From Candidatus Latescibacterota bacterium (GTDB lineage Bacteria; Latescibacterota; UBA2968; GCA-2709665): DNA of 64,000 nt. The translations under genes and the position numbers were made by a program. This document shows, one piece after another, positions 50,717 through 60,800 of this stretch. A model generated the notes under the pieces. It saw nothing but the letters and a program-made list of their open reading frames with translations. It did not search any database and had not been told where the DNA came from. The stretch spans positions 3,040,001 to 3,104,000 of the forward strand of contig CBDDDZ010000005.1 in assembly GCA_965226795.1 (NCBI GenBank), given 5' to 3'. How positions within the stretch are numbered: position 1 is the first letter of the stretch; the number at the start of each line of letters is the position of its first letter.

Positions 50717-51373
50717 TTATTGTCCGATCGGAAAGCCGACGCCGACCTGAAGGATCAGGTCTCGGTTCTTGATGTCCTCGTCGCCGGTCTTGTCAATCGA
50801 GAGCAGACCCAGTGTATAGCGTAGGTCTACGGAGAGGCTCATCTTTTCGGAAACCGCCATCTCCGCGCCAATCCCGGCCGTAATCCCCAGATCAATACCC
50901 CTGACGTCGTCGCCGCAGGAATCTGAGAACGTGCCGCTTTCTCCGGCGAGGCTAATGGAAGCAGAGCCTTCACACCTGGTATTGAACGCCAACGACGGTC
51001 CGGCGAGCGCATATACCGAAGCCGGGCTTCCGGACGGCGTAAGATTGACGGCCCCCAGGCCGGAAAGCTCGATGTAGTCGAGAAAAAGGTTGGCCTCAAA
51101 CCCTTCGCTCCCGGCACTGTACCCCTTCTGCACGTAGCCGCCGTCGAGTCGAAGGCTGAAGTTGTCCTGAATCGGGATGGTCGCGGACGCACCCAGTGAA
51201 AGGCCAGTGCGCGCTTTCAATGCAGATTCGTCCACGTCCTCGACTCCGCTCATGGTCGCCCGGCTCAAGCCGCCCCGGATGGCGAGTGTCGTCTGTCCCG
51301 GAACAGGCGCGGGGAAATTTACGGTTGTCAGCGCGATGAAGCTTACAACGATGTATTTCGGCAGATGTTTCAC
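50717..51373 (-). CDS. Small outer-membrane beta-barrel (porin/PorT-like)
   Basis: AAGGAG RBS + GTG, signal peptide, YVQKG, LDYIEL, DLRYTLGL, terminal VGVGFPIG strand. Confidence 0.78.
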   Translation of the reverse strand: MKHLPKYIVVSFIALTTVNFPAPVPGQTTLAIRGGLSRATMSGVEDVDESALKARTGLSLGASATIPIQDNFSLRLDGGYVQKGYSAGSEGFEANLFLDYIELSGLGAVNLTPSGSPASVYALAGPSLAFNTRCEGSASISLAGESGTFSDSCGDDVRGIDLGITAGIGAEMAVSEKMSLSVDLRYTLGLLSIDKTGDEDIKNRDLILQVGVGFPIGQ

Positions 51374-51669
51374 GGTAGCTGCTCCTTTGTAAAATGACTC
51401 CGTTGACTGCAATCCCGGCTGGTGTAAATGACCTGCACCGCTGATGTTACACCCGCATTTTCTTGGGGCCTCCTTTCCGTTATCTGAAAAATTCATAAAA
51501 CAGCGAGTTTCCTTACCCAAGTCATTGTATTTTGGTTACGCAAATAGCCATATAACAATAAATCGGGAAGAAACTACTGTGGACGTTCAAGATGAACATG
51601 GCAGGGTCTCTCTTGCAAGTCGATGCGGCAAGAAGTTGGAAGGCGCCTTCGACGGGGGCGTCCTGACCA

Positions 51670-51835
51670 GCCTGCCTGCGTCCGCAGGACAGGCAGGCAC
51701 ACAGGTGACAGTGGCACCTTGCTGCTTCGGGAAGTGGAAGCAAGCACAGGCGTTTTGTCTCGGATGGTTGACGCGCTCAAGCGATCCCTCGAACAAACGC
51801 TTGAAAGGGTGGAGCGGACATTCTTGTCTGCTCAC
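51670..51835. repeat. Intergenic cluster of REP-like palindromes
   Basis: CCTGCCTG...CAGGCAGG at about 51671-51697 and GTGGAGCGGACATTCTTGTCTGCTC at about 51809-51833. Confidence 0.5.
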
Positions 51836-52026
51836 ATACATCAAACGAATCCTGTGTCCAGGCACGCCACGAGTCGCCGCCGTCTCCCCCACTGGAAGAA
51901 GGACGGCGCGCCCCACCTTCACACACGCTTCCTGAACGGCTCGACAAGCCATTGTGCGGAGGCGGAAATGATTGATTCGTGAATAATGCAGCTCAAATGC
52001 GGATACATTCAATCTTGTTTCGAATT

Positions 52027-55000
52027 TCACCCTTCTCTTCCAAAGGCGCTCGCAAAGATCAGAAAGTCGCTGAACCCTATCGCGTCGTTCCCATCCAGAT
52101 CGAAACGAGCGTCGTACCCCTCGTCGCCCTGACTCAATCCGAACTGTGCCGCGAACAGCACGAAGTCGGTAAAACCGACGGTTCCATCTCTATCAAAGTC
52201 GGGATCAGGCGTCCGAGGCTCGAGATGCGACGCAATATCCCACAGCAATATCGTGCCGTCATCTGACCCGGACGCGAGGGAGGCGCCGTCAGGTGAAATA
52301 TCCACTGAGTGGACCGAACTCGTATGCCCTTGCAGGTCGCCTATCTGTTCTTGTGTCTCCACGTCCCACAGCTTGACGGAACCCCAGGTACCGGAAACGA
52401 GCATCGCTCCGTCAGACGAAAACGCCAACGAATATACGGAACTCCGATTGTCCAGAGAGTAGATGGGGGTTCTTGTCGCCGTTTCCCACAGCCTGACCAT
52501 TCGATCTGACGACCCGGAAGCGAGGGTCTTCCCATCGGGCGAAAACACCACGGAATTTACTGAACCCGTATGATCTTCCAGTGAAGCTATGAGTTCTCGC
52601 GTGGCGACGTTCCAGAGCTTGACCGTCTTGTCCTCATAGCCCCCTGCCGAAGCCAGAATGGCGCCATCAGGCGAAAACGCCACCGAGCGGACTTCATTCA
52701 TGTGCCCTTCGAGGATGCCGATCGGCTCGCGAGTACCCATGTCCCACAGTCTCACCGTGGCATCGTTCCATCCCCCTGCCGAAGCCAGGAGGGCGCCATC
52801 GGGCGAAAACGAAACCGAAGTGACACCACTCGTATGCCCTTCCAAAGTCTCGACCAGTTCTCGGGTCTTCACGTCCCATAGCCTGACGGTGCGGTCCCAT
52901 GACCCGGAGGCCAGGACGGCGCCGTCGAAAGAAAACGACACAGAACCGACCCTGGACCTATGTCCTTCAAGAGTGGCGATCGGGTTCCGAGTTGCCGCGT
53001 CCCATAGCCTGATCGTGCCGTCCACTGACCCCGACGCCAAGAGCGTGCCGTCGGGCGACAGCGCCATGGAGGACAAGGACGCGTGTCCGGAGAGTCCGGC
53101 GGCATTCCCGGTCTCTAACTCCCTCAACAGCACCGTGCCGTCCGCGGCGCCGGAGACGAGGGTACCCCCATCGGGCGAGAACGACACCGAACCGACCCCA
53201 CCCCTATGCTCTTCAAACGTGGCCACATCCTGGTGTGTAGCTACTTCCCACAGTCGCACCGTACGGTCCGATGAACCCGAGGCCAGAGTGGCGCCGTCGG
53301 GAGAGGAAAACGACACAGAACGAACCTCACCGGTATGCCCCCTCAGCGTCGCGACCTGTGCTTGTGTAGCCGCGTCCCACAGCCGGACCGTGGGATCGTC
53401 CCATCCTCCGGACGAAGCCAGGGTGGCGCCATCGGGCGAGAACGACACTGAAGTGACTCGATCCGTATGCCCTTCCAGTGCGGCCACCTCCGTCTGGGTC
53501 GCCACGTCCCACAACCGGACCGTGCCGTCCTGAAATCCGGACACCAGCCTCGTCCCGTCCGGCGAAAAAGCCACCGAGAGGGGCCAAAGAGAGTCGCTCT
53601 CCCGCGGCACTTCCCAGGTGCCCACCTCGCGCCTGGTCTCGATATTCCACAGCTTGATGACCTGATCCCATGACCCGGAGGCCATAGCCTTCCCATCACG
53701 GGAAAACACCACCGCAGTGACTCTGCCCCAACCGGCATGCCTCAGCGTGCCGATCCGCTCACCGCTTTCGACCCGCCAAAGCTCGACCCGTCCGTTATCA
53801 AGTCCAGAGGCGAGGGTGCCGTCCGGAGCGAACGCCACCGATTGGACCGGACTCTCACTCGGCAGCAGCGCCAGGGCTCGGGACGTGGCGGCCTCATACA
53901 GCCACACGCCGGTGGCGCTGGCCACGGCCAGACAGCGGCCGTCGGCAGAAAGGGCGACTGCCCGGTCCCCTTCTCCCATGGCGCCCTTGCCCAGACGCGC
54001 CGTCGCGGCCGTGGGCAGATGCCATGTCCGGTAGTCCCCCACCATGTCCACCACCGGGACGCCGACGCCATCCGCGGTAAACGCCGCCAGTTCGTGCATT
54101 CCGAGGTACACCTTCACCACGTTCGGCCCTGGATGAGGACCCAGGATGAGGGTCAGCTCGGCCCGGCCGTCGGCGTCGGTTGTATCATGCCCCACCGTGA
54201 AGCGGCCGCTGAGCTTGCCCTCGCCGGCCGCGACCGTGAAGGCGACGGCCGCATTCGGCAGTGGATTGCCGTATTGATCACGCACTTCCACGACCAGTGG
54301 ATGAGCCAGCGCCTCCCCCGGCGCGCCCTGCTGGCCATCTCCGGAGATGATCTCCAGCGCGTGAGGAGTGGTATACGGCAAAAGGTCCCACAGCAGGACG
54401 GTGCCATCCTCAGAGCCCGAAGCAAGCTTCGTCCCATCGGGTGAAAACGACACCGACTGTACGGCATCCGAATGGCCCTTCAGGGTGGTGACCAGTTCTC
54501 GGTTCCCCATGTCCCACAGATAGACCACAGGCCGAATTGTCTCGCCAGCGAGACTTGTCCCGCCAGCGAAACTTGTCCCGCCAGCGAGACTTGTCCCGTC
54601 AGGCGAAAAAGACAAGGAATTGATCCACGGTGGTGTCCAATTCCTTCCAAAGGCAATTGTAAGGGTAACGATCGGTGTTTGCGTTGCGACATCCCACAGG
54701 TTGACCTCGGGGCGACCAAATACCGCAGTAGCGAGGGTGCCGTCAAGCGAAAATGCCACGGAAGTGATCCTGTCATTCTCGAAAAGAGTGGCGATCCGTG
54801 TTTGCGTTGCAACGTCCCACAACTCGACTCCAAAATCCGATCCCATAGCGAGGATTGCGCCGTCGGGGGAAAACGATACTGAATGGATAAAAGATGAAAG
54901 AGGAGTGGCTATCTGTGTGCCCGTCTTAGTGTCCCACAAAATAGCGTCAAGATTACTTCCCGAGGCGAGAGTGCCATCGGGCGAAAAAGACAGGGAAGTG

Positions 55001-57702
55001 ATCCAACAACCATGCCCCCCTTCGAGAGTGGCGAACAGTTCCCGAGTCGTCACGTCCCAGAGTTTGATCGTTGAACCTGCCATGGAAGCGAGCATCGTCC
55101 CATCACGCGAAAACGATACAGCCGTAACCAAATTCGATGGACTGTAAGCCGCGAATCTGTCGATATTTCGTCCCGATTCAACGTCCCACAGCTTGACCGT
55201 TCCATCACTTGACCCGGTAGCGAGAGTCCTGCCGTCCGCTGAATACGACACAGACTGAACAGGCGGCAGATACGTATGCCCGGAAAGGGAGAAGGAGACA
55301 TCTTCGGTCTCGACGTCCCACAGCTTGACCGTTCCATCACGCGACCCGGTAGCGAGAGTCCTGCCGTCCGCCGAAAATGACACAGACCTGATCCCGGAGG
55401 TATGCCCTTCCAGGGTGGCGATCAGATCCCGGGTCGCCACGTCCCACAGTTTGATCGTTCCACCTTGTGATCCGGAAGCAAGTATCCCATCGCGCGAAAA
55501 CGCCACGCAAGTGATCCAACGTGTATGCCCGGAAAGGGTAGCGATCAGTGTCCGCGTCTCGACGTCCCACAGCTTGACCGTTTCATCGCCGGACCCGGAA
55601 GCGAGCATCTTCCCATCCTGCGAAAACGCCACCGAACTGACAAAAATTTTATGCCCGGAGAGGGTAGCGATAGATGTTTGCGTCTCGACGTCCCACAGCC
55701 TGACTATCCCATCGCTGGCCCCGGACGCGAGCGTCGTCCCATCGGGTGAAAACGCCACAGAGAGGGGTAAAAGCGACCTACTTTCTCGCCCGGATCTCTC
55801 TTCCAGGGTAGCGACATTGCCAGTTTCGACGTCCCACAGGACAACCGCTTCATCACGTGACCTGAAAGCAATGGTCCCATCGGGTGAAAATGCCACAGAA
55901 CTGACCCAGAGTCTATGCCCGGAGATGGAGGTGATCGGTATTTGCGTTTCAATGTCCCACAGCATGACCTCCTGACCACGCCAGCCTCCGACGGAAGCCA
56001 GATGGGTGCCATCGGGCGAAAACGCCACGGAATGGACATCTGCTGTGGGTAGTAGCGCGAGTTCGCGAGACGACGCCACGTCATAGATCCATACGCCAAT
56101 GGTACTGGCTACAGCAAGGCGTTGCCCATCAGGCGAAAAGGCAACCGCTCTATCACTTTCACCAATGCTTCCTTTTCCAAGGCGGACAGTCGCGTTGTCG
56201 GGTACATGCCACGTCCGATAATCACCGTCCATTATTGACGAGGTAGGCGCTCCGATTCCTGTTGCGTTAAAAACCACAAACTGCTCAATTCCTTCGGCGG
56301 TTGCTTTGACAATGTTGGTTCCCGGGCCAGGCGTGAGCGTCGTCTCTGCCCGGCCGTTGGCACCGGTCGTTGCGTTCTCAACAGCGAACCGCCCACTGAG
56401 TTTCCCCTCTCCGGCAATGACGACGAACCTGACCTGAACACCTTGTAAGGGAATATTGTTCTGATCTCTTACTTCAACGGCCAATGGATGAGCCAATTGA
56501 GCTTCGGTCGATCCCCGCTGATTATCGCCTGAAATATACTCCAGTGTTTTTTCACCGTGTCCTATCTGCTCAGATAGTTCAAAATGCTCCTCGTGAAGAT
56601 TCCCTTCAGTATCGACCACCATGACGGTAATTGGATGTCTGTCGAAATCGGAAAGTCCCGTTGCGTCGCCATGATCGGCGCTCGCTCCGCTATAGCCATC
56701 GTAAGCAAATTCGACGACGGCATCTTTCTTTTGCGCCAATCCACGGCATCCCCACACTTCAGAACCATGCAGGTAAATAACCAGGAACACTTGATGAAGT
56801 CCCTCCGAATCACTCAGTTCGAGTTGGACCGCAACGCTGCTGGAACCAGCTGGATAGGTAAGCGGCGAAATGAGTTCGATCGTTGGCGGGAGCGCTGCTT
56901 GCGCTTCAACGTCGGGATTGAAGTAGGGATGTACGGCTAAAAATTCGGAATGGCACGCAGATAATCGAGATTGACTCAGTCCCAATCCCCCATACGACAT
57001 GAGGTACGTATGACTATTAAAATCGTGATATAATCCAAAGGCATGCCCAAGTTCATGCGCTGTTGCATGGATGATTTCAGCTGAAATTTCAGCTGAACCT
57101 GAATTCGTAGGTTCAGAAGCCATCAACGCAAACCCCCCACTTTTCCCCAAGCGACCACCAATCCCGCCGGTACGGATGCCACCCCGCCCAATGTAATCTG
57201 TACTATTGTCAAAGACGATGAGGTAAATGTTCGCTTCGAGATCAAACACCTCTTCAATCTCGTTAAGCACAGTAGCAGATGCGTCTTTAAGATAGTGGCT
57301 ATCGGGATGTTGCCCGTCCACGCGATGTACCAGCCGATCGCCCTGGGCATCGGTTTCAACATGGAAGGTCTTGTCCCCGTAGCCGTACGCCTGCATCTGC
57401 TCGGCATAGAAGGTCTGAATCCGGCGAATCCTGACTTTCATCGAATCGACCACTTCGGCGCGATACGGGCGGTCATTCGGCAAAAAGTAGATCATCCGCA
57501 CCGCGCGGGTTTCCCCCACGTTCAAATCCGTCGGCCGCTTGGCTGCGGGGCGGGGGTGGTCCCTGCGCCACTGTTCGTAATCGAACGGCACGCAGAAATG
57601 CACGCTGTCCGCCGGCGGAGACGATGCGTGGGCGGCCGACAGGGGGGAGAGGAGGAGGCCGATCAACATGAACAGGAAGGCAAGAAGAACGTAAGGTCTC
57701 AT
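52027..57702 (-). CDS. Secreted metzincin + Ig-like (Big_1) + WD40 + Ig-like + WD40 + EF-hand/dockerin-like protein (1891 aa)
   Basis: Signal peptide, HELGHAFGLYHD + YLMS Met-turn, two ISGD.Q.G...L..PL.VEVRDQ domains, many SV.FSPDG..LASGS.D.TV.LWD repeats, DFDRDGTVGFTDF...DLDGNDAIGFSDF. Confidence 0.9.
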   Translation of the reverse strand: MRPYVLLAFLFMLIGLLLSPLSAAHASSPPADSVHFCVPFDYEQWRRDHPRPAAKRPTDLNVGETRAVRMIYFLPNDRPYRAEVVDSMKVRIRRIQTFYAEQMQAYGYGDKTFHVETDAQGDRLVHRVDGQHPDSHYLKDASATVLNEIEEVFDLEANIYLIVFDNSTDYIGRGGIRTGGIGGRLGKSGGFALMASEPTNSGSAEISAEIIHATAHELGHAFGLYHDFNSHTYLMSYGGLGLSQSRLSACHSEFLAVHPYFNPDVEAQAALPPTIELISPLTYPAGSSSVAVQLELSDSEGLHQVFLVIYLHGSEVWGCRGLAQKKDAVVEFAYDGYSGASADHGDATGLSDFDRHPITVMVVDTEGNLHEEHFELSEQIGHGEKTLEYISGDNQRGSTEAQLAHPLAVEVRDQNNIPLQGVQVRFVVIAGEGKLSGRFAVENATTGANGRAETTLTPGPGTNIVKATAEGIEQFVVFNATGIGAPTSSIMDGDYRTWHVPDNATVRLGKGSIGESDRAVAFSPDGQRLAVASTIGVWIYDVASSRELALLPTADVHSVAFSPDGTHLASVGGWRGQEVMLWDIETQIPITSISGHRLWVSSVAFSPDGTIAFRSRDEAVVLWDVETGNVATLEERSGRESRSLLPLSVAFSPDGTTLASGASDGIVRLWDVETQTSIATLSGHKIFVSSVAFSQDGKMLASGSGDETVKLWDVETRTLIATLSGHTRWITCVAFSRDGILASGSQGGTIKLWDVATRDLIATLEGHTSGIRSVSFSADGRTLATGSRDGTVKLWDVETEDVSFSLSGHTYLPPVQSVSYSADGRTLATGSSDGTVKLWDVESGRNIDRFAAYSPSNLVTAVSFSRDGTMLASMAGSTIKLWDVTTRELFATLEGGHGCWITSLSFSPDGTLASGSNLDAILWDTKTGTQIATPLSSFIHSVSFSPDGAILAMGSDFGVELWDVATQTRIATLFENDRITSVAFSLDGTLATAVFGRPEVNLWDVATQTPIVTLTIAFGRNWTPPWINSLSFSPDGTSLAGGTSFAGGTSLAGETIRPVVYLWDMGNRELVTTLKGHSDAVQSVSFSPDGTKLASGSEDGTVLLWDLLPYTTPHALEIISGDGQQGAPGEALAHPLVVEVRDQYGNPLPNAAVAFTVAAGEGKLSGRFTVGHDTTDADGRAELTLILGPHPGPNVVKVYLGMHELAAFTADGVGVPVVDMVGDYRTWHLPTAATARLGKGAMGEGDRAVALSADGRCLAVASATGVWLYEAATSRALALLPSESPVQSVAFAPDGTLASGLDNGRVELWRVESGERIGTLRHAGWGRVTAVVFSRDGKAMASGSWDQVIKLWNIETRREVGTWEVPRESDSLWPLSVAFSPDGTRLVSGFQDGTVRLWDVATQTEVAALEGHTDRVTSVSFSPDGATLASSGGWDDPTVRLWDAATQAQVATLRGHTGEVRSVSFSSPDGATLASGSSDRTVRLWEVATHQDVATFEEHRGGVGSVSFSPDGGTLVSGAADGTVLLRELETGNAAGLSGHASLSSMALSPDGTLLASGSVDGTIRLWDAATRNPIATLEGHRSRVGSVSFSFDGAVLASGSWDRTVRLWDVKTRELVETLEGHTSGVTSVSFSPDGALLASAGGWNDATVRLWDMGTREPIGILEGHMNEVRSVAFSPDGAILASAGGYEDKTVKLWNVATRELIASLEDHTGSVNSVVFSPDGKTLASGSSDRMVRLWETATRTPIYSLDNRSSVYSLAFSSDGAMLVSGTWGSVKLWDVETQEQIGDLQGHTSSVHSVDISPDGASLASGSDDGTILLWDIASHLEPRTPDPDFDRDGTVGFTDFVLFAAQFGLSQGDEGYDARFDLDGNDAIGFSDFLIFASAFGREG
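54543..54596 (-). repeat. Three in-frame 18-bp tandem repeats (GTSLAG/GTSFAG/GTSLAG)
   Basis: CGCCAGCGA(G/A)ACTTGTCC x3. Confidence 0.9.
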
Positions 57703-57861
57703 TTCGGTACCTGCTTTCTAAAAACGGATATCCTAAACTCTCGATCTCGGGATCTACGAGTATATCCGCGCTACGATGCCACAGTTATAGGCATGTTGCA
57801 CGGCTGCGTCCAACATGCATTTACAAACGCTATCGAACCAGCATACTGCGAATTTTTCGTT

Positions 57862-60800
57862 TCAGGAGGTGCTTTTCCCAAAGGCGCTCGCAAAGATCAG
57901 AAAGTCGCTGAACCCGATCGCGCCGTTACCATCCAGGTCGAATCGAGCGTCATATCCCTCGTCGCCCTGGCTCAAGCCGAAGTTTGCCGCAAACTGCACA
58001 AAATCCCCAAAGCCGACGGTCCCGTCGCCATCGAAGTCGGACGCGGCCCTGGCGGTGGCGGTAAAGGCCACCGGCTCGAGGTCGGCCGCCGTTGCGGCGA
58101 CGGTGTTCGTACCAGGTTGGCTTCCAAGGGTCAGAGTCGTAGCAGCGCGGCCGTTCTCATCCGTGGTGGCCGTGGTTACAGACAGCGTCCCCCCGCCGGC
58201 GGTAACGGAAAAAGTGACGGTTGTACCGACGACCGGGGCACCGTTCTGATCCAGCACCCGAACGACGAAGGGGTCGCCCAAGATGCCACCGGCCGGCCCT
58301 TGCTGCTCGACGTCGGAGACCTTGGTCAGTGTATGCGGCCGGAGCTGGACACGCTGCAGATCCCACAGCACCATTGTGCCATCCCGTGACCCGGAGGCAA
58401 GCGTGCCGCCGTCGGGCGAGAACGCCAAGGAATGGACCCACTCCGAATGCCCCCCCAGGGTGGCGGTTTGCTCTCGGGTCGCCATCTCCCAGAGCTTGAC
58501 CGTGCCGCTGCCCCGCTCCCCCGAGGCCAGGATGGTCCCATCCGGAGAAAAGGCCAGAGAGCTCACACCAACGACACGGCCGGAAGGACCAACCACAGGC
58601 TCTTGAAGGGTGGCGATCTGTTGCCTGCTGTCCATGTCCCACAGTCGGATCGTTCCTTCGTGGCTTCCACCTCCGGAAGCCAGGATGGTTCCATCGGGGG
58701 AAAACGCCAACGCATCGATTCTACCCCACCCATGCCCTTGAAGGGTGGCAATCTGTTGCCTGGTACCTATGTCCCACAGTCTGATGCCAGTAGACTCATC
58801 TATCCCCCCACCACCGGTGGCCAAGGTGGTTCCATCAGGAGAAAACGCCACAGAAAAAACGCCGTCATCGGCTTCCCTCACTTCCAGGACAGCGATCTGT
58901 TGCCGGCTCGCCACGTCCCACAGCCTGGCCGTCCTATCGTAGGCCCCGGAGACGAGGGTTCTCCCATTGGGCGAGAACTCCACGGAATGGACGGACCCTG
59001 CCCGAAGAGTCCCGATCTGTTCTCGCTTCCCAACGTCCCAGAGCGCGATCCCCCAACCTCCCGCCCTCAAGGATCCACCGGATGCGAGTACCGTTCCATC
59101 GGGCGAAAACGCTACCGGAGAGACGGGAGCATCGGTAAACGCGCCTTTGAGGGCGGCGATCGGTTCTCGGGTCGCCACGTCCCACAGCAGAATCTCCCCG
59201 CCCACCCCGGAAGCGAGGGTTGACCCATCGGGCGACATAGACATCGAGAAGACGGGCAGATGCCCGGTGAGGGCTGCGGCATTGCTCGTCTCCAGATCCC
59301 GCAGCAGCACCGTGCCGTCCTTCGACCCGGACGCCAGGGTTTGCCCATCGAGGGAAAACGCCAACGAAAAGACGCCTTTGGTATGCTCCTCGAACGTGGC
59401 GATCTGTCGTCGGCTCGCCACGTCCCACAGTATGGCAGTCCGGTCGCTCGACCCGGAGGCGAGGGTTCGCCCATCTGGGGAGAACGCCACCACTTCAACC
59501 CACCAGTTGTGTCCTCCGAGGCTGGCGATCTGTCGTCGGCTCGCCACGTCCCACAGGCGGACCGTTTTGTCAAAGGACCCGGATGCAACCATTTGCCCAT
59601 CTGGGGAGAACGCCACCGCTTCGACCCCATCCGAATGCCCTTCGAGAGTGGCAACCTCCGTTTGTGTCGGCACGTCCCACAGCCGGACCGTCCCATCATC
59701 GAACCCGGATACGAGCATCGTCCCATCGGGCGAAAAATCCACCAGGGTGGAGCGTATTCCGTTCCCCTTTTTCACCACCTCCCAGGTGGCGACTGGCGCT
59801 TGAGTCTCTACATCCCACACCTTGATGATCTGGTCCTCCGACCCGGCCGCGAGGCTTCTCCCATCCGGCGAGAACGCCACCGCAGTAACCCAAATCCGCG
59901 AGTGCTCCAGCGTGCCGATCGACGTGCCCCTCTCCATCTCCCACAGCTCGACCCCGCCGTTACCCAGTCCCGCAGCGACGGTAGCGCCGTCCGGCGAGAT
60001 CGCCACCGAATAAACGGGACTGGCCGTCGGCAGCAGGGCCTGGGCACGGGACGTGGCCACCTCGTACAGCACGACGCCGATGCCGGTGGCCACGGCAAGA
60101 CGTTGATCATCCGGGAAAAACGCCACCGCCCGGTCCCCTTCCCCCAGGACCCCCTTTCCAAGGCGGATGGCGCCGGCGGGCAGATGCCAGGTCTGAAAGT
60201 CCCCTCCCATGTCGACCACGGACGCGCCTACGCTCTCGGCGTGGAAGGTCGCCAACTCACGCCGGCCCAGAGAGATCCCGACGGTGTTGGTGCCGGGATC
60301 GGGACCAAGGGTAAGCGAACGCTCGGCGCGGCCGTTGGCATCCGTGGTGGCCTCCTCGATTGCGTATCGCTCACTGAGCTTGCCGTCGCCGGCTGTAACC
60401 GTGAAGGTGACGGCCGCTCCGGGCAGGGGATTGCCGAACTGATCCCGCACTTCCACAAGGAGGGGCTGGGCAAGGGTGGCTCCGGGTGCGGCCTGCTGGT
60501 TGTCGCCGGAGATGATCACCACCTCGGTAGGACGCGGACGCGGCCCCGTCCACTCGGTGATGTCCCACAGGTTGACGGTGCCGTCCCATTGCCCGGAGGC
60601 GAGGATCTCGCCGTCTGGTGAAATCGATACCGAGTAGACCCCCGAGGCACTTCCGAGCGAGGCGATCGGTTCCTGCAGCACCAGGTCCCACAGGAGTATC
60701 GTGCCCGTGTTGTCGCCGGAAGCGAGCAGTGACCCATCCGGCGAGAACGACACCGATTGGAGCCCGAACGAGCCCTGGAGGAGCTCGGCGATTTCGGTCC

